A stretch of 60,783 bases of DNA. It comes from a virus. Lineage: Duplodnaviria; Caudoviricetes. Under the pieces are notes generated by a model. The model saw only the letters and a list, made by a program, of their open reading frames with translations, was not told where the DNA came from and did not search any database. Position 1 is the stretch's first letter; the number at the start of each line of letters is the position of its first letter. A program made the translations under genes and the position numbers. The stretch is from the IMG/VR virus record IMGVR_UViG_3300042922_000610, positions 1-60,783 of that record. One strand, 5' to 3'. Below are positions 54,366 through 60,783 of the stretch, piece after piece.

Positions 54366-57068
54366 ATGGGTACCGAAATAAGTACAGCTTTCCGCCGAGC
54401 ATGGCGCCTCTATTCGACCGATGGCGTTCCCTCCTCTGGCGCGCATAGACCAAACAAGAAGGAAATATTCGAAGCTGGCGATACCGTGCAAAGTGTCGTT
54501 GATGGTGTTTCTGGTGATGTGGAAGGTGTTCAACAGAATATTTCCGATCTCCAAGACCAGGTAGCACAGCTGCAGGACTCGCAAGGTGCTGACGCCATCG
54601 CGGCGACCACGAAAGTTGCCTTGGATGCACTGGCAACGACGCTTGGCCTCGGCACGGCCGATCAGGGTAAGATCGGGCGCGTTTATGAAGACGCGACGGC
54701 TGCGAACAATGGCGACTATACCTGGACGGGATCTGCTTGGTCCTATGTCGGTCTTGATCGGATTGGCAAGGTCGAGGCAGCGGTCTCAGCGCCCATCAGC
54801 AGCTTCGATGGCGACCTGATCTACGACGAGAATGGTGTTCTAGGCATAGGTAAGACGCTCTATGTGCCGCGCGCGATGTATGCCCGCGTCGGCTCAACGG
54901 TTCTCAGCGGGTCATTCGGTACGGCTTCGTTGGCGATCCCGACGCACGTTGCCATGACGGCCACGAATAATTCCCTAGCGACCGTCTACATCGATCTCGA
55001 TGACGCTGCAAATCCCGTTAAAGTCGCCAATTTTAGCACTTTGCCAACTACGGCGAAGCCGAACAAAATCATCATTGTCGCTGAAATTCGGTCCGGCCGT
55101 GTGAAGAGCCCTCATCAGATTTTGAAGGTCGATGAGAATATCCGCGACCGGATCACGCCGCGCTTCCCGCTTGTCGTCGATGGCGATAAGTTGCTGATAC
55201 CGGCCTTCTATCACTATCGCCGAAGCACGAGTTTTACGCTCTACGCTCCCTCGGACGGTTCTCTCTACTGGGAGTTCGACCTGTCGACGAGTGCGTCGAG
55301 CGAGGTTCGTTTCTACTTCGATCGTATTGCGGCAGATGCAGGGGGCGTGCCTGTCAAGGCGGTCACTGGTACATCGTATCCGACCTTCCCCGACGGTGAG
55401 CTTACGGTGTTGATCGCGACCTCTCTGAATCGGGTCGTCAAGACCGACCATCCGATTTCTGGTCACGTCGCCGGCGGCGTTTTGCCAAATCTCTTTGCTC
55501 GTGGCAATGATCCAGACCGTGCTGCTCTGTTCGCGGGCGATACGGTCTTGACGGACGTTACGGATGTCGCGCTGACGGCTCTCGGAATTACCAGGGGTGT
55601 GACCGGCGCCGACGCCTTCTATGGAGCAAAGCTGGCTGACGATACACCAGCAGAAGGGTTCTTTTTTGCGCGCCTGTACATTGAAGCGAGCGTGGCAGAC
55701 ACATTCCAATCCCCGCGCCTCTATTTTCTGGATGATGGTGGCGCGACCCTATCGTCCTCCAGCCTTCTCCTCGAGAAGAAGCTTTCAACCACCGCAGCGC
55801 TCTACCTCATCATGGGACGTTACAGCCTGGCTAAGCGTCCGGCCTTTTTTAACATCGGCACTTCGCAGACAGCAGATCAAGTCAAGATCGCTGGAGCACA
55901 GGTCTATATTGGATCGGATTTCTACGGTTGGATACCGCGTGGCTCCTATCCGTTGGCGCGAAATGGCGACATCCTCTATGGGCCGCGGCATTTCTCTGTA
56001 GCCGGGCGTGAGCTGCCGTTCTTCCTCGAAGGGCTTGTCGCCGAGCGCGAGGAAGGTGAACACTTTCGCCTTGCGGTTTCCAAGGAGGCTGCGAACGCAG
56101 CGGCATTACCGTACGTGCTCACCGGAAGCGAGATGTTGATGCTTGACTATGCCAAGGCTACGGGGGCGGTGACACTCTCAGTGGAAGGCGAGCCTGGCAA
56201 TCGCAGCCGGCGGTTCCAGCGCAGTGTCGATATCAAGAGGGCCACCGGCCCGGTGGCCGGCACGGCAACCATTCTCGCTATCGGTGACAGCATCACTAAT
56301 CGGTTCTTCCTCGACAAACTCGATGCGAAGCTCGCCGCAATTGGGGTGACGCCGACCTTCATCGGCACCATCGACAATGCCGGCGAGAACGGCGAGGGAC
56401 GCGAGTCCTGGGAGTGGTCCGACTTCATCTATGCCGAGACACAGTTCGCTCCGGTGGCGGCAGGCGACGAGGCGATCTATCTCGCGCGCTCGAACGACGG
56501 CGACACCCAACTTTCGACAGACCGCTGGAACTTCAATCCGTTCATCAAAGCGGCGGCGGCAGGTCCTGGGGTCCACAACGGCTATGCCTTCGACCTTGAT
56601 TTCTACCTCGATCGGTTCTCGCTCGCCGACCCAGACTATGTGCTGATCAACCTCGGCACGAACGACATCAACCAAGCAGAACCGGCGGCAGCGCTGCTGC
56701 AGATCCGGCAGGGGCTTGAAGTCATTATCCCGAACATTCGGGCAAGCCGGCCGGCGGCGCGGATCGGCATAGGTCTGCCGAATGTGCCACGCTCAAACCG
56801 TTCGGACGGGAAATGGCGCGACGAGCAGGTGCCTGCGATCAAACTCATCCTCGACTATGTCGACGGGCTTGCCGACGCCAATATCGACATCCTGTCATAC
56901 TGGGCGCACATGTCGGCAAATGTCGGATGGTCGACGGCAATAGTATCGAGCGACGCCGGACAGACGCTGGCGACAATCTCCGACGATCTGCACCCGCAAG
57001 ACATCAACCGCCACTTCATGGCGGAGGTGGCGGCGCAGTGGATAGCATGTAAGGAGGCGGGCCTTTAG
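54366..57068 (+). CDS. Tail spike / receptor-binding protein with C-terminal SGNH hydrolase
   Basis: N-terminal adaptor and coil; IGDSIT, LGTND, DDLHP. Confidence 0.85.
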   Translation: MGTEISTAFRRAWRLYSTDGVPSSGAHRPNKKEIFEAGDTVQSVVDGVSGDVEGVQQNISDLQDQVAQLQDSQGADAIAATTKVALDALATTLGLGTADQGKIGRVYEDATAANNGDYTWTGSAWSYVGLDRIGKVEAAVSAPISSFDGDLIYDENGVLGIGKTLYVPRAMYARVGSTVLSGSFGTASLAIPTHVAMTATNNSLATVYIDLDDAANPVKVANFSTLPTTAKPNKIIIVAEIRSGRVKSPHQILKVDENIRDRITPRFPLVVDGDKLLIPAFYHYRRSTSFTLYAPSDGSLYWEFDLSTSASSEVRFYFDRIAADAGGVPVKAVTGTSYPTFPDGELTVLIATSLNRVVKTDHPISGHVAGGVLPNLFARGNDPDRAALFAGDTVLTDVTDVALTALGITRGVTGADAFYGAKLADDTPAEGFFFARLYIEASVADTFQSPRLYFLDDGGATLSSSSLLLEKKLSTTAALYLIMGRYSLAKRPAFFNIGTSQTADQVKIAGAQVYIGSDFYGWIPRGSYPLARNGDILYGPRHFSVAGRELPFFLEGLVAEREEGEHFRLAVSKEAANAAALPYVLTGSEMLMLDYAKATGAVTLSVEGEPGNRSRRFQRSVDIKRATGPVAGTATILAIGDSITNRFFLDKLDAKLAAIGVTPTFIGTIDNAGENGEGRESWEWSDFIYAETQFAPVAAGDEAIYLARSNDGDTQLSTDRWNFNPFIKAAAAGPGVHNGYAFDLDFYLDRFSLADPDYVLINLGTNDINQAEPAAALLQIRQGLEVIIPNIRASRPAARIGIGLPNVPRSNRSDGKWRDEQVPAIKLILDYVDGLADANIDILSYWAHMSANVGWSTAIVSSDAGQTLATISDDLHPQDINRHFMAEVAAQWIACKEAGL

Positions 57069-57117
57069 GGGCCCGCTTTCTAGAGCGATCGTGAAGGGTA
57101 CACCCGATGATCCTCAG

Positions 57118-58218
57118 TCAGGCAGGAAGTTTGTAGGCTTCCACATACAGGGATTCGTCAGGCATGGTGTTATCGAACAACGTGGTATCACACATAGGCG
57201 CGGCCAAAGATCCGCCGTAGACGCTTGATCGAACGAGTTCAAAGCCTGCCTCTTTCATCGCGGCTGTCACCTTATCAACCGTCCACCAATTGATGTGCCG
57301 TGCGATATTGTTGATCGAAAAATCGACATGGCCACATAGCCAGTCGAGGAACTGCTCTTTCGGGAGTTCTGCGAACTTGACCTTAATCTCGTTCCACAAC
57401 TCCTCATTTTCATCCCGTACGCGCGGGGAATTGGTGAGCCCCGTGGCGACCGCCATTTTGAGGTAATCCAGAGGGTCGGCTGACAGCCTTTCGACGCCGT
57501 GCCGCTCGAACCAAGCGAGTGCGCGGTGAAAGAAGCGATCAGTGTTGTTCAACCTTGCGGCCGTGTAAAAAAGATCGGCATTGGGGCATGTGACGCGAAA
57601 GATGCCGCCTGGCTCAAGACACCGGTATGCCTCTCGAAACATTCTGAAAACGTAGTGGTCTTTGATGTGCTCGATCGTGTGGCTGGTGTAGGCAACAGCC
57701 ACGGACGCGTCCTCAAAGGGGATTCGTTCATCAGTGATGATGTTGTATTCGACGTACGATCCCTTACGGTGCGATTTGTAATGATCGCTGGAGACGTCAA
57801 GGTTCGTCCACTTGTCGTGGTAGAAGTGGCCCGCGCCGATATTGATCAGCCTCTTTCCGGCGTAGGCGCGATAGGCAAGATCATCACGATAGGCGCTTCT
57901 GTTGAGGCCTCTGAAAACATCGACCCTCTTTCTCAGGGATGCTATGTTTTTCTCGTGATCGGCGACGACGCTTTGCAGATCGACAACCTCGGCTCCACCA
58001 CTCGGTGAATTGACTAAGGTAAAATTGCCGTGCTTCTCGGTGACGACGTCGAACTCGGAGAGCAACTCGCTAAGCATTACTCTCTTGCTGTGGGCCAAAT
58101 CCCAGCTGTTCATAAGCTCTGGCTCAAGCATCGAAGGTTCGAATTTCTTCTCCTGCTCGACACAGGCATTAAGTCTGTTCTCAATGAGGGAGCGAAGCCT
58201 CCTCGCATTCTCAACCAT
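57118..58218 (-). CDS. Class I SAM-dependent methyltransferase (moron)
   Basis: INIGAG, W.NLD, IPFED.SV, SHTIEH, E.YR.L.PGG.FRV.CP. Confidence 0.85.
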   Translation of the reverse strand: MVENARRLRSLIENRLNACVEQEKKFEPSMLEPELMNSWDLAHSKRVMLSELLSEFDVVTEKHGNFTLVNSPSGGAEVVDLQSVVADHEKNIASLRKRVDVFRGLNRSAYRDDLAYRAYAGKRLINIGAGHFYHDKWTNLDVSSDHYKSHRKGSYVEYNIITDERIPFEDASVAVAYTSHTIEHIKDHYVFRMFREAYRCLEPGGIFRVTCPNADLFYTAARLNNTDRFFHRALAWFERHGVERLSADPLDYLKMAVATGLTNSPRVRDENEELWNEIKVKFAELPKEQFLDWLCGHVDFSINNIARHINWWTVDKVTAAMKEAGFELVRSSVYGGSLAAPMCDTTLFDNTMPDESLYVEAYKLPA

Positions 58219-58322
58219 TTTCTGCAGCCCCTTTTGCGGTCGTGGGGCGCTTTCTAGCAGAGTTCGACGGCAACGTCAGCGAGATTGTGGTCGTGTCGAG
58301 AGCCCCGCGCGAAGTTTAATTT

Positions 58323-58919
58323 TCACTCCTCGGGTGACGTTTGATTTCCTGCCCCGAGGAGATCGTTCGGATCAATACCGTTTTCCTTCCAAACATGCGC
58401 CACATGCTTTCCGAATAGACTCGCAATCTCTGCCTGCAGTTCGCGGGTACGGCCTGATGCCTCCTTAATTTGATCAATAGTATATATAATATATTTTTCT
58501 GAATTTTTCCGCGGATCAGCGTTTCTACTAATCCGAGGTCTGCACTCGATCTGCTCAATAGACCACGGAGGGCAAACAACATGTGTTCTGTGAACGATAT
58601 CATTTCTCATCTGAGACATTTGTTTCAGATTAACAGATAGATTCTCTATATCAATTCTTTCGTCAGGTAATGCTTCCAAAGCAACTTTTTTTAGAGTTTC
58701 GAGATTGCAAGAGAACGCCAAAGCTTCGTTGATTTCTTCAAGAGGAGTAATCTCCTGGAGGACCGTCCCGTATAAACGATTATACATCTCGTTTCTATGT
58801 GAGAGTCCTCTGGCTTGGAAAATGACGTTTTGCTCAATCTTGGCCCATTCGATTATAAATTCTCCAATTGCCGCTTTGATTTCAGACTCCGCTTTGATGC
58901 AGTCATCTCGAAAACTCAT
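58323..58919 (-). CDS. AT-rich hypothetical moron (HEPN-like)
   Basis: AIGEFII.W..IE; RNDIVH (R-x4-H). Confidence 0.65.
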   Translation of the reverse strand: MSFRDDCIKAESEIKAAIGEFIIEWAKIEQNVIFQARGLSHRNEMYNRLYGTVLQEITPLEEINEALAFSCNLETLKKVALEALPDERIDIENLSVNLKQMSQMRNDIVHRTHVVCPPWSIEQIECRPRISRNADPRKNSEKYIIYTIDQIKEASGRTRELQAEIASLFGKHVAHVWKENGIDPNDLLGAGNQTSPEE

Positions 58920-59086
58920 GTCTGGTGCACCCCTTGGTAAATAAGGGCCGAGAAAATCTTGTAACGTCTTTTCTGTCAATTGTCGGCAGAGCGTTCCGGA
59001 CGGCACTGGTGAAGCCTCCCCAAACTCATGGACTTATAGACCCCCTACCGCACCCCACTAACCACCACCACATCGCAGGAGACACT

Positions 59087-59728
59087 ATGGACCGCGCGAA
59101 ATTCTTCGCTGCGGTGCGCTCACCTCTGTTCGCCGGCAAGCTATCCGACGCGCAGGTGAGGGGCATCGACGCAATTCTTGACGAGGCCGAGCGCCGCGGC
59201 ACTTCTCTAAGGCACCTGGCTTACATGCTCGCAACCGTCTTTCTCGAGACTGCCAAGACGATGCAGCCGATCGCGGAATATGGCAAGGGCGCGGGCCGCA
59301 AGTACGGCGTTAAAGGCAAGTACGGGCAGGTTCCCTATGGGCGCGGCTATGTCCAACTGACGTGGGACTCGAACTACGAGCGCGCCGATAAGGAGCTTGG
59401 CCTCAAAGGCGCGTTGCTGCGCAATTTTAATCTCGCGATGCGGCAGGACATTGCGGCCAAAATCATGTTCGAGGGCATGACCGCAGGCTGGTTCACCGGG
59501 CGCCGGCTTGCGGATTACATCGTCGGCGACAAGGCCGATTACGTCGGCGCGCGCCGGATCATCAACGGCACGGACAAGGCCAAGACGATCGCGGGGCATG
59601 CAGCCGTGTTCGAGGCGGCGCTGAAGGCTGGCGGCTACGGCACCCGCGCCGTTGTTCCGGCCGCTGGCGGCTTCTGGGCCGCGCTCGGCCGCTTCCTGCT
59701 CGCGCTCATCAAAGGGGGCAAGAAATGA
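59087..59728 (+). CDS. Endolysin, GH19 chitinase-like
   Basis: LAYMLAT..ET..MQPI.E, YGRGYVQLTW..NY, ARRIING. Confidence 0.9.
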   Translation: MDRAKFFAAVRSPLFAGKLSDAQVRGIDAILDEAERRGTSLRHLAYMLATVFLETAKTMQPIAEYGKGAGRKYGVKGKYGQVPYGRGYVQLTWDSNYERADKELGLKGALLRNFNLAMRQDIAAKIMFEGMTAGWFTGRRLADYIVGDKADYVGARRIINGTDKAKTIAGHAAVFEAALKAGGYGTRAVVPAAGGFWAALGRFLLALIKGGKK

Positions 59729-59925
59729 CCGTCTGGATAAGGATCGCCCTCTACATGATTGCGGGCTGGCTTTATGGCTCCGGCTACATCGGCGAGGAAG
59801 TCAGGGCCATGATTACCGAGGATCCCGCCATCGCAGCCTCCATCGAGGCGGGCATTGTTGCCGCCATCGGCGCCATTCCCGTCGCGTGGTGGCAGTGGGC
59901 CAAGAAGATGGGGCGGCCGACGTGA
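59725..59925 (+). CDS. Putative holin
   Basis: 66 aa, two TMs, basic C-terminus, after endolysin. Confidence 0.65.
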   Translation: MTVWIRIALYMIAGWLYGSGYIGEEVRAMITEDPAIAASIEAGIVAAIGAIPVAWWQWAKKMGRPT

Positions 59926-60335
59926 TGTGGCTGCTCCGCTGGATTGCCGGCAAACTGACTGGCGACCTCGTAGGCGCGCTTGAGCGGGCACATGCTGCCC
60001 GCCTTGCCGCTGCAAACGACGCGCAGCGCATCGCTGCTGAGATCCAAATTAAAACGATCGAGGCCAAGATGGCGGCCAGCGCTGAGAGCGCGGCCGTCGT
60101 CAAGGAAGGCATGCAGCACAAGGTGTTCTGGATCCCCTGGCTGATCGCGTCCGTGCCGTGCGCGGCGTGGTTCGGCTGGGGCATGCTGGATTCGCTTGCG
60201 GGTGGGGCTTTGCCAGACGTGACCGCTTTACCGCCGCAACTCAAGGGTTATTCAGACGTGGTTTTCCAGAATATTTTCTATGCCGGCGCTGGCGTTGTTG
60301 GCGTTTCCGCTCTTGCAGGGGCGCTGAAAAGATGA
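59925..60335 (+). CDS. Lysis-associated membrane protein
   Basis: Coiled coil + two TMs; position. Confidence 0.6.
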   Translation: MWLLRWIAGKLTGDLVGALERAHAARLAAANDAQRIAAEIQIKTIEAKMAASAESAAVVKEGMQHKVFWIPWLIASVPCAAWFGWGMLDSLAGGALPDVTALPPQLKGYSDVVFQNIFYAGAGVVGVSALAGALKR

Positions 60336-60616
60336 CGGGCGCCGAGATAATGTATGCCGTCGGCTTCTTCGTCGGCGTGTTCGGAGCCATTTTTGGCGTG
60401 TGGAAGTTTGTCGACGGAAAGATAGGAGCGGTACGCGATGAGCTATCTGCTCATCGTTTGCATGTCGCCGAATCCTACGTCACGAAGGCTGGAATGCAGG
60501 AACAGACCGCGCAAATCATGCGCGCGATCGAGGGTGTCGGCAATCGAATCGACGCTTTCGGGGAACGGCTAGACAGGGTTTTCGAGCAGCGCACCAGCCG
60601 CTCCACCAGAACATAA
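60332..60616 (+). CDS. Single-TM coiled-coil protein in lysis cassette
   Basis: TM then L.VAESYVTK..R.D. Confidence 0.65.
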   Translation: MTGAEIMYAVGFFVGVFGAIFGVWKFVDGKIGAVRDELSAHRLHVAESYVTKAGMQEQTAQIMRAIEGVGNRIDAFGERLDRVFEQRTSRSTRT

Positions 60617-60656
60617 AAGCGAGCGCGGCTCATTGCTGCGGTAGTCGCGCCAACTC

Positions 60657-60783
60657 GCCCCTATCCCTAACCGGATAGGGGCTTTTTTTGTTTGCGCCTT
60701 GACAAATTTGTAAAAACAGACTAATGTTTTTGTCCTTTTATCTTCGGGTTGGCTCCATGAAATTTACAAAACAGCGAGGCGGC
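60657..60783. repeat. 127-bp terminal direct repeat (copy 2)
   Basis: Identical to 1-127. Confidence 0.95.

Noticed and set aside
54366-57068. Diversity-generating retroelement or invertible tail-fibre cassette
   Set aside because: No RT, invertase or duplicated variable repeat was seen.
60657-60783. Biological direct terminal repeat
   Set aside because: Exactly 127 bp and cuts through a gene start; typical assembler overlap. The packaging genes suggest cos ends elsewhere.

Overview
The window is an apparently complete, circularly assembled (~60.66 kb; bases 1-127 repeat at 60657-60783), GC-rich temperate siphophage genome of a rhizobial (Alphaproteobacteria) host. Its repressor sequence, operator geometry and gene order closely resemble Sinorhizobium phage 16-3 as I recall it. 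It is in the excised form, with an attP (3' half of tRNA-Thr GGT) next to int/xis. Modules: accessory/anti-defence arm (0.1-9.4 kb), integration and immunity (10-15.6 kb), recombination/replication/methylation (15.7-35.5 kb), HNH cluster and packaging (36-40 kb), HK97-like head and long tail (40-57 kb), two reverse-strand morons and a lysis cassette. Most striking unexplained patterns: (1) an in-frame ANDN peptide about 23 times across unrelated proteins, plus many C-terminal AA ends, mimicking the alphaproteobacterial ssrA/tmRNA degradation tag; (2) about ten intergenic hairpins with variable stems and a conserved YACC loop ahead of CACCAC...AGAGGAGAC ribosome-binding sites, plus an unannotated Arg-rich 26-aa peptide, suggesting an N/nut-like RNA control system; (3) a ~190-nt multi-stem non-coding element beside attP; (4) a MotA/TolQ-like + MotB/ExbD-like + secreted protease operon. 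All family calls come from motif recognition by eye, not database searches.
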